Notes under the pieces: model-generated
Told to the model about the DNA's origin: nothing
Database searches by the model: none
What the model saw: the letters and a program-made list of their open reading frames with translations, nothing else
Part shown: positions 47,450-56,397 of the stretch, piece by piece
How positions within the stretch are numbered: the stretch's first letter is position 1
How the letters are laid out: the number at the start of each line of letters is the position of its first letter
From: Faecousia sp.
Lineage (GTDB): Bacteria; Bacillota; Clostridia; Oscillospirales; Oscillospiraceae
DNA: 58,765 nucleotides
Direction: 5' to 3'
Assembly (NCBI GenBank): GCA_045660725.1
Contig: JAZREG010000097.1
Location: 1-58,765 of the forward strand
Made by a program: the position numbers and the translations under genes

Positions 47450-50050
47450 TTATTGTTGTACAGTCGAGTAGCAGAATGTGGTGGCGCTGAGAATGATCCG
47501 TCGGGCGCCCTGGCCGGGGATGGCCTGATGGCTCTCATCGACCTGAATGAAGTAGTAGATGGAGTCATCCTGGGTGACCACATGGCTTTGCTCCTGCATG
47601 GCATCCCGGGCCATGATCTCCCGGATGGTAACATCGTTGCGTTCAGCGCAGATGTTAACAATATCCTTGGGAGTGCGGATGATCACAGAACGATCCTTCG
47701 ACTGCACATTGCTGCTGTACCAGGTATCGCCGGTCATGCCGCAACGGATCCGGTTGCCCTTCAGGGCGGTAACCTGGATGCCGTTGACCAAGACCGTCAG
47801 CTCCTTGAAGGGATTCCACAGGTTGACAAAGCGGTTATACTGCCGCAGGGGTACCATCACCAGGCTCATCCGGTGGGTACCGGGCTGGCGGCGGTTGTAG
47901 GCGATGTCGCCCACGTACAGTGCCGCGTTGGGAGCAAACTTGGGCTTGGTGATGTAGCGCACGATGTAAGCGATGATGGCTGCCAACAGAAGCAGCTCCA
48001 GCACGAGGGGCGCGTATACATTCCACACCCGGTAGCTCAGCGGCGCTTCCTTCACCGGCAGCACCGCGGTGGCGGTGCCGTAGCCATGGCTCAGGGTCAC
48101 TTCCAGGTCGGAGCCTTCCAAGCCGAAGTAGTAGCTCCAGTTTGTCCACCAGCTCCAGAAGGTCAGTTTGTGTTCTTCCGATTCGTAAGGCAGGCAGGTA
48201 ATGGTGCCGTCTTCTGCCACAGACACCGCCGTCAGCAGCGCCTCATGGCCATCGCTCAGGGTAATGGTGAACTGGCTGCCCACGGCCTGCTTGTCCAGCC
48301 GGACGCCATCTTTGGTGATGTAGAAAGATACGGCCGTCTGATTGCCGTAAAACTGATGCTTTTCCACTGCCGTGGTAGGCGATACCGGGATCACCTCGTA
48401 CTCTGCCAGCAGCACCCGGTAGGTTTGGGAAGCGCTGACATCCTCCAGGTTGCAGGTAACTGTCACATCAAAGTAGCCTGCGGCAGTGGCGGTGGTGGAG
48501 GCGGCGTTGGGGGTAAAGACGATGGTGCCGTCCGGCGCCACTTCTGTAATGCCGCTGTTGCCCTCCGGGGACACGGTGATCTGGGGCATCAGGGCGGACA
48601 CCGCATTGGGGTCGGTCATGGGAACGCCATCGGCATAAAGGGTAAACACGACCTGCAGATCCTGGTTGGAAGCGATCTGATCCAGCTTTACGCTTTGCTG
48701 TTCGCTGCCGAATCCGGCGGTCATGGTGTATTCGATTTTGGGAACGTATTCCTGGGGTGTAAATTTCGTCTGATAGGTAATGGGATTGAAGCCGGGGATG
48801 TACACCGTCGCTGTCAGCTGGTTTTCCACCCGCTTCAGGGTGTAGGGGTTCAGGACCATATCCTTCCCGGCGCTTTCCGCCACCACCTGGCCCTCTTCCT
48901 TCAGGGTGATCTCAAACCGGGTGTTGGGAGGCAGCAAATCCGGGGAAACTTCCCGGTCGGTACCCATCTCATAGATCTTGCAGGAGGCGCTGAGCTGATC
49001 CCCCTCCGACACATTGGCAAGATCGTAATGGTTCTTCAGTTCTTTTCCGTTGACCTGCACCTGCATCCGCATTTCCAGGGCCGGCTCGAACAGCACCACC
49101 AGGTCACTGGCCCGTACCGGTTCATCGAACCGGAACTGATAGGTGCCGGCACCGATGACCTTTTGGGAGTCGCCCAGCAGGAACGCGCCGCCCTCCAGAT
49201 CATCATACCGGGGGTAACTCAGCGCCGCCTGGCGGCTCAAGGGGATGGCGCTGCTGTCGCTGTGGGAGGCTGTCTTGATCACCGCGGAAGTCCGCTGGGA
49301 CAGCACCGCGATGTTCAGCAGCGGGATGGCAGAGGACACGGAAACCGTGTAATCGTCCACCTGGCGAATATCCGACTGGCTCAGCCGGGTACGGCCGGAG
49401 ATCCGGTCGGCTAACCTTGCCATGGCGCTGATGATACCGGAGGCAGTGTCCGCCTTCTCGGTGTAAATGCCCAGGGCTTCATTCTGCTCGGGGGAGCGCA
49501 CCTTGTCACCGATGGCCAGGAAGGTGATCTGAGGAGCGGTGCCGTTGGGCATGGTCTCCTGGGCGTAGGAGGTAAAATTCTGATTCAGTTGGTGCACCGA
49601 CTCACCGGTGTCAAAGGTACCGTCGGTGATGACTACCAGCCAATACTGGGTGTTGGGATTGGGATCCTGGACGCTTTTGAGCTTGTCAAAAGCCTTTTCC
49701 ACCGCCTGATAGGGGGTGGAGCTGTTGTCCGTATGGTTCCGGATGGCATCCACGGACGCCTGGATGCCGCCTGATGACAGATCCACCTGAGCGGGGGGAT
49801 AGCCAGCCAGGGAGTGGCTCATATAGGTGATATACAGCTGGTCCTCGCTGTTGAGCATGCCGCAGAAGGTCTGCATGGCGTAGTTGGCGTAGGCCCACTT
49901 GTCGCCGAACATGCTGCCCGAGTCATCGTACACCACGGAAACGATTTTCCGGATATACAGGGACTCAGCGGATGCTTTTGCGGAAATTCCGCCTACAAAC
50001 ACCGCCAAAAACAGCACTGTGACCAGGAGTAACGCAATGATTCTTCTCAT
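47450..50050 (-). CDS. Membrane-anchored surface vWA domain protein
   Basis: Signal peptide; MIDAS motif VVYDDSGSM...STPY...VVITDG; beta-rich stalk; TM LVLELLLLAAIIAYIV; cytoplasmic tail of about 165 aa. Confidence 0.85.
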   Translation of the reverse strand: MRRIIALLLVTVLFLAVFVGGISAKASAESLYIRKIVSVVYDDSGSMFGDKWAYANYAMQTFCGMLNSEDQLYITYMSHSLAGYPPAQVDLSSGGIQASVDAIRNHTDNSSTPYQAVEKAFDKLKSVQDPNPNTQYWLVVITDGTFDTGESVHQLNQNFTSYAQETMPNGTAPQITFLAIGDKVRSPEQNEALGIYTEKADTASGIISAMARLADRISGRTRLSQSDIRQVDDYTVSVSSAIPLLNIAVLSQRTSAVIKTASHSDSSAIPLSRQAALSYPRYDDLEGGAFLLGDSQKVIGAGTYQFRFDEPVRASDLVVLFEPALEMRMQVQVNGKELKNHYDLANVSEGDQLSASCKIYEMGTDREVSPDLLPPNTRFEITLKEEGQVVAESAGKDMVLNPYTLKRVENQLTATVYIPGFNPITYQTKFTPQEYVPKIEYTMTAGFGSEQQSVKLDQIASNQDLQVVFTLYADGVPMTDPNAVSALMPQITVSPEGNSGITEVAPDGTIVFTPNAASTTATAAGYFDVTVTCNLEDVSASQTYRVLLAEYEVIPVSPTTAVEKHQFYGNQTAVSFYITKDGVRLDKQAVGSQFTITLSDGHEALLTAVSVAEDGTITCLPYESEEHKLTFWSWWTNWSYYFGLEGSDLEVTLSHGYGTATAVLPVKEAPLSYRVWNVYAPLVLELLLLAAIIAYIVRYITKPKFAPNAALYVGDIAYNRRQPGTHRMSLVMVPLRQYNRFVNLWNPFKELTVLVNGIQVTALKGNRIRCGMTGDTWYSSNVQSKDRSVIIRTPKDIVNICAERNDVTIREIMARDAMQEQSHVVTQDDSIYYFIQVDESHQAIPGQGARRIILSATTFCYSTVQQ

Positions 50051-50134
50051 AAATCCCCCTTACCTTGCTTCAGGTGCATTTGTCCATTCAGCACCATAAG
50101 CCCCGATAAAAATCGGGGCTTATGAGCAAGCAAA

Positions 50135-50611
50135 TTATTCTTCTTCCTTCAGCAGATCTGCCACAGTGATCATGCCCTTGCTGACAGCCAGGAGCTTGTC
50201 GTTGTAGCGGTCCACGGTGTAGCTGGTGCAATCGATCATGTAAGCGACCAGGCCTTCGCCGATGCGGCTTTCCCGGAAGGAGGCCGTCATCTTGAAGGTC
50301 ACGCTGCCGTCCTTCAGATCGTACTCAAAGCCGCCGTCCACCATGCCGTTGTTAATCACGCAGATGGCCACAGCGCCATCCACACGCTTGTCCTCACCGA
50401 TCTTGAAAGGCAGGAAGGAGATCACCCGGAGCAGCTGCCGCTCCACATCCACCTTGATCACGTAGTCAATGGGAATATCGTCACCGTTGACGCCGAAGGA
50501 CACCACCAGGTCATCTTCATGCTTCTTGTAGCGCCAATTTCTGTTGTCCAGGGTGGAGCACAGAGTCTCATAGACCTTCTGTGCCAATTTCTTCTGCATA
50601 AAATCAGCCAT
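50135..50611 (-). CDS. YbjN domain protein
   Basis: LDNRNWRY..., ICVINNGMVDGGFEYDLKDGSVTFK; paralogue of 50627-51106. Confidence 0.72.
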   Translation of the reverse strand: MADFMQKKLAQKVYETLCSTLDNRNWRYKKHEDDLVVSFGVNGDDIPIDYVIKVDVERQLLRVISFLPFKIGEDKRVDGAVAICVINNGMVDGGFEYDLKDGSVTFKMTASFRESRIGEGLVAYMIDCTSYTVDRYNDKLLAVSKGMITVADLLKEEE

Positions 50612-50626
50612 TTCCGTTTCCTCCTT

Positions 50627-51106
50627 TTAGGCGTTTTCCATCTCGATGAACTTCTCCAGGGACAGGATGCCCTTGGCGACCATCATAAACTTGTCGTTAT
50701 AGTTGTCCACGGTGGAGCAGGCGCAGTACACCAGGTACTTATACACCTCGGCATCCAGGTCGCTGTCCTTAAAGCTGTTGGTCATACGGAAATAGATCTT
50801 ACCCTTGGTAATATCATAATCAAAGCAGCCGTGGACCATGCCCCGGTTGGCAACGTTCACCGCAGCCGCCAGTTCCACACGCTTGTCCTCCTGCACCGTC
50901 AGGGGCATGGGGGAATGCAGCCGGATCACTTCCCGCTTGGCATCCACAAAGATCACCAGGTCGATGGGAAAATCCTCGCCCCGGGCGCCGGTGGTGACCA
51001 CCAGGTCCTCCTCATGCTTGGTATACTTCCAATCTTCCTTGTCCAGGGTCTTGCACAGTTGGGCGTACACATCCTGTGCCTTTTGCAGTTTCATATCTTC
51101 CGCCAT
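50627..51106 (-). CDS. YbjN domain protein
   Basis: LDKEDWKY..., AVNVANRGMVHGCFDYDITKGKIYFR; tandem paralogue of 50135-50611. Confidence 0.72.
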   Translation of the reverse strand: MAEDMKLQKAQDVYAQLCKTLDKEDWKYTKHEEDLVVTTGARGEDFPIDLVIFVDAKREVIRLHSPMPLTVQEDKRVELAAAVNVANRGMVHGCFDYDITKGKIYFRMTNSFKDSDLDAEVYKYLVYCACSTVDNYNDKFMMVAKGILSLEKFIEMENA

Positions 51107-51165
51107 TTTTCATACTCCTTTGCCTGTATTCAAATTTATTCGCAGTGCGAATACAAAAGCCAAAA

Positions 51166-51411
51166 TCAACCTTCCATCTGGACATCGCCATCTGCCTGCG
51201 AAGCCATTTCCCGGGCTGTTCTCTCAAACTCTCCGGTTTTGCCCCGTCGCAGGCAGGCATCGTATACCAACTGGAACGCTCTTACCCTGCGCATACATCC
51301 CTCGCAGCTGCGCATATGCGTCGTCACTGCCGCTGCTTTTTCCAGCGTGTCGGAATCCAGGGTACATACCGACACAAAGTCGATGATCTCGTCAACTGTT
51401 AGATGCTTCAT
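51166..51411 (-). CDS. Small zinc-finger (zf-HC2/ZAS) anti-sigma-like protein
   Basis: MKHLT...HMRSCEGC gives H...HxxxCxxC; overlaps the stop of the sigma gene; no TM. Confidence 0.75.
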   Translation of the reverse strand: MKHLTVDEIIDFVSVCTLDSDTLEKAAAVTTHMRSCEGCMRRVRAFQLVYDACLRRGKTGEFERTAREMASQADGDVQMEG

Positions 51412-52228
51412 CTTTGGTCACCCGTTTGATAATACTGTTCATTCTGTTCACCCAATCACTGATCGTGGCCTTTCCGCCTTTTTTCATAAAAAATTCCCGA
51501 TAGGGTACCGCGCCCACCGGCCTTTCCTCATCAAAGGGGGCGGCCAAGGCCCGGTCGATCCGCCCGGCTTGCTGGGGCGTGATCCGGATCCAGGGGTGGC
51601 GCCGGGCTGCCGTGAATACCGCATCCCGCATTTGCCCTACCGTCTGATCGGCAAAGGTTTCCAGGATCTTCTCGTTGGATTGGATCTTTGTAATATCAAA
51701 TTCCAGAACAAACAGACACTGTGCCATCCAGGTCAGGGTCTTATACACCTGCACATCCGCGTCCAGCACGATCTCAAACGCCACGGAAAGCCGCTCCAGG
51801 CGCAGCGCATCCAGGTTCGGCACTTCCTCTGCCTGGGTATCCTCCGGAAGGGAGGTCATACCGCAGGTATGAAAAGCGACCTTGCGAACCTCATTGAACA
51901 GATCCCGCTTCAGGTTCTTCGCCACCGTGAACATCCACTTTTGGAAGCCCTCCGGGTCCCGGTTCACCGGCCCTTCCGGGCCATCCCGCAGCAGGAAGGA
52001 AGTGACGCAGGTCTTGATGAGCCGAATGCAGATCTCCTGCATCAGATCCTCTTCAAATTCCCTGCCCGCCACCGCGCTTTCCGCGTTGCACCAGCGGCGT
52101 ACCGTGGGCTGCAGCGTCTTGCGGGCGATGTGGCACAGCATATCAAATGAGGCCGGTTCGTAAACCAGCAATTCCTCTGTCATCGTATGAAACTCTTCCA
52201 AGGAAAACGCCAGCACCTCAATCACCAC
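51392..52228 (-). CDS. ECF-type sigma factor-like protein (start uncertain; alternative ATG at 52183)
   Basis: Region 2 motifs EDLMQEICIRL and FQKWMFTVAKNLKRD; atypical C-terminal half. Confidence 0.72.
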   Translation of the reverse strand: MVIEVLAFSLEEFHTMTEELLVYEPASFDMLCHIARKTLQPTVRRWCNAESAVAGREFEEDLMQEICIRLIKTCVTSFLLRDGPEGPVNRDPEGFQKWMFTVAKNLKRDLFNEVRKVAFHTCGMTSLPEDTQAEEVPNLDALRLERLSVAFEIVLDADVQVYKTLTWMAQCLFVLEFDITKIQSNEKILETFADQTVGQMRDAVFTAARRHPWIRITPQQAGRIDRALAAPFDEERPVGAVPYREFFMKKGGKATISDWVNRMNSIIKRVTKDEASNS

Positions 52229-52249
52229 GCAGACATATCTATTTGTTAC

Positions 52250-52278
52250 AGAATATCACAATCCACAACCGGAGTCAA
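52250..52278 (-). promoter_or_regulatory. Sigma-A-like promoter for the sigma/anti-sigma/YbjN genes
   Basis: TTGACT, 17-nt spacer, TATTCT with an extended -10 TG. Confidence 0.6.
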
Positions 52279-52309
52279 GGAAAACCCCTATTTTTACGCA
52301 TATATGCCC

Positions 52310-52343
52310 AAAAACCGCACTGCCTTGGCAGTGCGGTTTTCCC
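52310..52343. terminator. Terminator after the VirD4-like gene
   Basis: AAAAACCGCACTGCC-TT-GGCAGTGCGGTTTT. Confidence 0.75.
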
Positions 52344-52353
52344 TGTCATTCCC

Positions 52354-54027
52354 TTAGGATCTGCCGGGGCGGGGACGCTTCTTCTCCCGCTGCCTGGGCG
52401 TATACTGATATTTGGGATCCGCAAAACGGATCTGCTGCGGCCGGGGGGCGGGATGTTGCTGCACCCCGGAAAATTCCGGGCACAGATAACTCCGCTCCAT
52501 GCGGGACCACAGTACATCGCTGCGCATTTGGGTCACGATGCACTCGCCCGGCTGAATGTGATTCAGCGCGCTGATGGGCACCAGGGACACCGTATCCTTT
52601 TCGTACCGCTCGATGGATTCTCCGCTGCCGTTGAGGGCAGAGGTAGGCGCGATGATGGTCTTGCGGCCGCATTCTTCCGAGAATTCCCGCTTGGTCTGGG
52701 GATTGTTCGTGCCGAAGAATATGTGGGTATTGAGGTTATCCTTGATGATCTCTGCCGTTTCCTTACCGTAGATGTGATACAGCTGGGCGTAGGATTGCAG
52801 GATCAGCAGGAACCAGATATTCCGTCCGCCGCAGGCGGAGATGACCTTGTCAAAGCCGTTGAAGGGCGGCAGGTTGCCGAATTCATCCAGGAGGAAGTAA
52901 AACGGTCGATCCAGCCGGGTCCCCTTCTGTCGGGACAGGGCGATGAGTTCCGTGTAGAGGTTACTCAGGAACATGCTGATGATCTCGTAGTGCAGGCATT
53001 CCTCATCCTTGTAGCCCACGAAGATCACCGTGGGACGGTCGTCGTCCAGGTCGGCCACCTCGAAGGTGTTGGTGCAGGTGATGCGGCGCACGGAGGTGTC
53101 CCGGAATTTGTTCATTTTCGCGGCAAATTCCGAGCTGATGCACCGACGGGTGGTGTTGGCCTGCTCGATGATGCACTTTTGCGCCAACCGCAGGGCCTTG
53201 GATTTTTCCATCTCACGGCTGGTGAAATACCCGCGGTCATAGACCGTATCCGTATCCGTGAAGGAGTCGAAGATTCGCAGCACTGTGTCGAAGGAGAAGT
53301 TGTCCTCGGTGATCTCGCCGCTTTCGCTGTCTTCCAGCATACCGTAGAGGATCGCCCGCAGCAGATCCCGGGCCGAATCGTCCCAAAAAGGATCCTTGGC
53401 ATTGGTGTTGGGGATCAGGGCGGCAGACAGGGTGGTGATGCCCTTTTCCACATCGTCAAACAGGCCGTCCCGCACCTCCGCAATATCCAGGTCCAGGTCC
53501 TGCTGATCCTGGTAGACCTTGCCCCGGAATTTGTTCCGGGGGCCCTGGGGGGTGTCTACCACCTCCACTTCCTCCTCTACCCGCAGGCACTGCTGGTACA
53601 GGCGGAAGTATTTGGTCAAAGGATTCCAGCAATCGCTTTGACGGTAGTCGGTGAAATCCAGCAGGATCAGGCGGTAGCCTGCCTGCTGAAATTTTTCCGC
53701 ATTGCTCAGGTACAGCTCCTTTTTGGGGTCGCTGATCACCAGGCTGGGCTTATTCTGCTTCTTCAGCAGAATGTTCATGGTGGGAATCACATAGCCCGTG
53801 GTCTTACCGCTGCGGGTGGCACCAATGGCCAGCAGGTGGGTATCGGGGATAAAGGTCACATCCAGCTGCCCGTTGGCGCCCCGTGTGACACACACAGGGA
53901 TGCCGTCGATGGGCTGATCGCCCAGGGTGTCATAGGAATAGGTACTTTGGGGATTGGCGCTTTGATATTCCGCTGCGGTCAGCAGCTTGGCATTTTCATA
54001 ATCACCGAACAGTTCAATTTGCCGCAT
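52354..54027 (-). CDS. VirD4/TraG/TraD-like coupling-protein ATPase with no N-terminal TM
   Basis: HLLAIGATRSGKT, ISDPKKEL, WNPL, DPFWDDSA, LLDEFGNLP, ILQSYAQL...YG; GGAGG RBS before MRQIE at 54027. Confidence 0.87.
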   Translation of the reverse strand: MRQIELFGDYENAKLLTAAEYQSANPQSTYSYDTLGDQPIDGIPVCVTRGANGQLDVTFIPDTHLLAIGATRSGKTTGYVIPTMNILLKKQNKPSLVISDPKKELYLSNAEKFQQAGYRLILLDFTDYRQSDCWNPLTKYFRLYQQCLRVEEEVEVVDTPQGPRNKFRGKVYQDQQDLDLDIAEVRDGLFDDVEKGITTLSAALIPNTNAKDPFWDDSARDLLRAILYGMLEDSESGEITEDNFSFDTVLRIFDSFTDTDTVYDRGYFTSREMEKSKALRLAQKCIIEQANTTRRCISSEFAAKMNKFRDTSVRRITCTNTFEVADLDDDRPTVIFVGYKDEECLHYEIISMFLSNLYTELIALSRQKGTRLDRPFYFLLDEFGNLPPFNGFDKVISACGGRNIWFLLILQSYAQLYHIYGKETAEIIKDNLNTHIFFGTNNPQTKREFSEECGRKTIIAPTSALNGSGESIERYEKDTVSLVPISALNHIQPGECIVTQMRSDVLWSRMERSYLCPEFSGVQQHPAPRPQQIRFADPKYQYTPRQREKKRPRPGRS

Positions 54028-55666
54028 TCCGATTCCCTCCCATATATCCGAATCCTCTTCTGGGGGCAGCCAGGCTTTGCTCACGGCTGCTCTCCTTCAG
54101 CTGCGCCAGGGTAATGGGGCCGTGGCCCTCAAAAACCGCCCGCCGCAGGGCGGTATCCAGCATCTGCTGGATGTGCTTGGTGTCAAAGCTGCCCAGGAAC
54201 TCCCGGCAGCCTGCCTCCAGGGTCATATCCTCCATGCCGAAGGACTTTGCTCGGGCGCGGAACACCGCTTCCACCACCGCAGCCTTCTCCTGCTGGCCGA
54301 TGCGCTCCGTCCATACCGTGTCGCACAGCTGCGCCAGCTGCTGTACCGCCGCGTTGCGCTCCTGGGCCAGGAGTACGAACACCAGCCCCGAAAGATCCAG
54401 GGACACAGGGGGCTGGAACAGCTTGTATTTTCTGCGGTAGTCTCCATCCAGGAGCTTGCACAGCTCGTCCAGCTGGGGCTTTTCCAGCTCGTGGCAATCT
54501 TTTACCAGGAACACCGTCCGGGCAGAGCGGGTCTCCATCATGCCCCGCAGGAAGATGTTCTCCCGACCGCCCACGAAGTCCGCTTCCGTCAGCGTCCCTG
54601 CGTCGATCTCCACCACGGCGTTCTCCGGGAAGCCTGCCCGAAGCATGTTGCTGTACATTTCCGTCAGGTAGCCGTCGGAGGCCACCACCAGCAGAGGCGC
54701 ATAGGCCTCCGGGGCGCAGCATTGGGCCACGGCGATGTTCTGTAGGATCTGCCGCAGCTCCTGGTCCCGACGCAGCACCACCTTGTCCCCGCAGCTGGGG
54801 TCAAAGGTTAGGGTCTTGCCCTTTTTCACATCCAGGGGCAGGTCCGTCAAGCCCACCAGGGCTTCCTTTTGCTTGTGCAGCAGCAGCTTTTTCTTGTCCT
54901 CCAGGCACAGCAGCTCCGAAAAGGCCACCTTGGCGAACTGGTCATCGTAGCCGTTGCGGCGGATGATGCCCTGGCCGAAGGCCTTTTCCAGGAGCCGGGC
55001 GACGCCGTCCTTTTGATAGGCGGAGCCGCTGCCCCACTTGCCGTGGATCTGCTCGAAGCCCCGCTTCTGCTCCTCGCTGCGCAGGACCGTGTGAAGTCTG
55101 CGGAGGCAATCGGGGCGGGTCTGGGGATCATAGGCGATGCCCATGAGGTTACCGAAGAGGTGATTCCACCTGGCGCAGACCCGGATCCGGCGCACCGCCC
55201 CTTCCGGGTCCTTTTCCAGGCAGATGCCGTGATATTCCAGGTAGGAAAGGGCCGCCATGGCGTCCACATTTCCGTTCAGCGCCATCATCGTCAGGGCGGA
55301 AGCGGCGGATTCCTTGGTCAGGTTGCCCGCCTGGCCGAAGATGGCATGGCGGATGGCCATGGCCTCCCGCTTTTGGGCCAGAATCACCTTGTCCCGTTCC
55401 GTCAGGCAGGGATCCTGGCCGCCGGCACGGCCGAATTCAATAATTCTGCACAGCCGTTCATAGGCGGCGTTGGTGCGGATGTCCCGAAAGTGGGGCTGCA
55501 TGGCGTCTGCCAAATAGGCCTCCTGCTCCCCGCCCGCGGGGAGGCAGAACAATTCTGCCAGGTCATGAAAGAGGTTTTTCGATTGCTCCTGTGTAAGGAA
55601 ATGGCCGCAAATGGCGTCCAGTAGGAAATATTGGGTCAAAAAGGGTTCCAGCAGGTATTCATTCAT
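54014..55666 (-). CDS. Sel1-like repeat + degenerate (Lon-like) AAA+ domain protein
   Basis: GNVDAMAALSYLEYHGICLEKDPEGA (Sel1-like); VFLVKDCHEL...LLDGDYRRKY...VSLDLSGLVFVLLA resembles the Lon AAA core; no Walker A; ends RRGFGYMGGNRNAAN. Confidence 0.55.
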   Translation of the reverse strand: MNEYLLEPFLTQYFLLDAICGHFLTQEQSKNLFHDLAELFCLPAGGEQEAYLADAMQPHFRDIRTNAAYERLCRIIEFGRAGGQDPCLTERDKVILAQKREAMAIRHAIFGQAGNLTKESAASALTMMALNGNVDAMAALSYLEYHGICLEKDPEGAVRRIRVCARWNHLFGNLMGIAYDPQTRPDCLRRLHTVLRSEEQKRGFEQIHGKWGSGSAYQKDGVARLLEKAFGQGIIRRNGYDDQFAKVAFSELLCLEDKKKLLLHKQKEALVGLTDLPLDVKKGKTLTFDPSCGDKVVLRRDQELRQILQNIAVAQCCAPEAYAPLLVVASDGYLTEMYSNMLRAGFPENAVVEIDAGTLTEADFVGGRENIFLRGMMETRSARTVFLVKDCHELEKPQLDELCKLLDGDYRRKYKLFQPPVSLDLSGLVFVLLAQERNAAVQQLAQLCDTVWTERIGQQEKAAVVEAVFRARAKSFGMEDMTLEAGCREFLGSFDTKHIQQMLDTALRRAVFEGHGPITLAQLKESSREQSLAAPRRGFGYMGGNRNAAN

Positions 55667-56274
55667 TTTGCCACGCTCCTTCCCATTGCTTTGATCCGCT
55701 GGGGCTCCAGTACCGCGTCCACAAGACCGTACTTCAGCGCCTCCTGGGCGGACATGGTGTAATCACGGTCGGTATCCTTGGCGATCCGGCTGATGGATTT
55801 GCCGGTGTTCATGGCCAGGATGGAATTGAGCCGCTTTCTTGTGTGTTCGATGTGCTTGGCTGCGATGATGATGTCGGAGGCCTGACCTCTTGCGCCACCC
55901 AGGGGCTGATGGATCAGGATCTCGCTGTTGGGCAGGGCCATGCGCATTCCCTTGCTGCCGGAGGACAGCAGGAACGCGCCCATGGAAGCCGCCAGGCCCA
56001 CGCAGATGGTCCGCACCTCGCACTCCAGGGAGTTCATGGTGTCGTAGATGGCCAGGCCATCGGATACCGAGCCGCCGGGGCTGTTGATCAGAACGGTGAG
56101 GATCCGCTCTTCTTCAGGGACGCCTTCGTCCAGCATCTTTTGCTCGATGTAGTGCATTTGCGGGATGACCCGGGCCGCCATGCAGGTATCGATGGGGCCA
56201 AAGATGTACACTTGATTCTTCCGCAGCAGGTACTGGTCCGACAGGACCTCGTTGAAAGGATGCTCTTTACTCAT
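55663..56274 (-). CDS. clpP: ATP-dependent Clp protease proteolytic subunit (probable accessory paralogue)
   Basis: INSPGGSV..GLAIYDTM, GLAASMG (Ser), IHQPLGG (His), DRD (Asp), EALKYGLVD. Confidence 0.93.
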   Translation of the reverse strand: MSKEHPFNEVLSDQYLLRKNQVYIFGPIDTCMAARVIPQMHYIEQKMLDEGVPEEERILTVLINSPGGSVSDGLAIYDTMNSLECEVRTICVGLAASMGAFLLSSGSKGMRMALPNSEILIHQPLGGARGQASDIIIAAKHIEHTRKRLNSILAMNTGKSISRIAKDTDRDYTMSAQEALKYGLVDAVLEPQRIKAMGRSVAK

Positions 56275-56350
56275 ACTTTTCTCCTCCTTTTCTCATTCAC
56301 AAATTGCTTCATTAGCTATAACCGGGAATTCCCGTTTTTTCGCAGAGGGA

Positions 56351-56386
56351 AGAAAAAAGATCACCACCGGAACGGTGATGATCTTG
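56351..56386 (-). terminator. Terminator of the nucleotidyltransferase gene
   Basis: Minus strand AAGATCATCACCG-TTC-CGGTGGTGATCTTTTTT. Confidence 0.7.
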
Positions 56387-56397
56387 CAAACAGAAAA

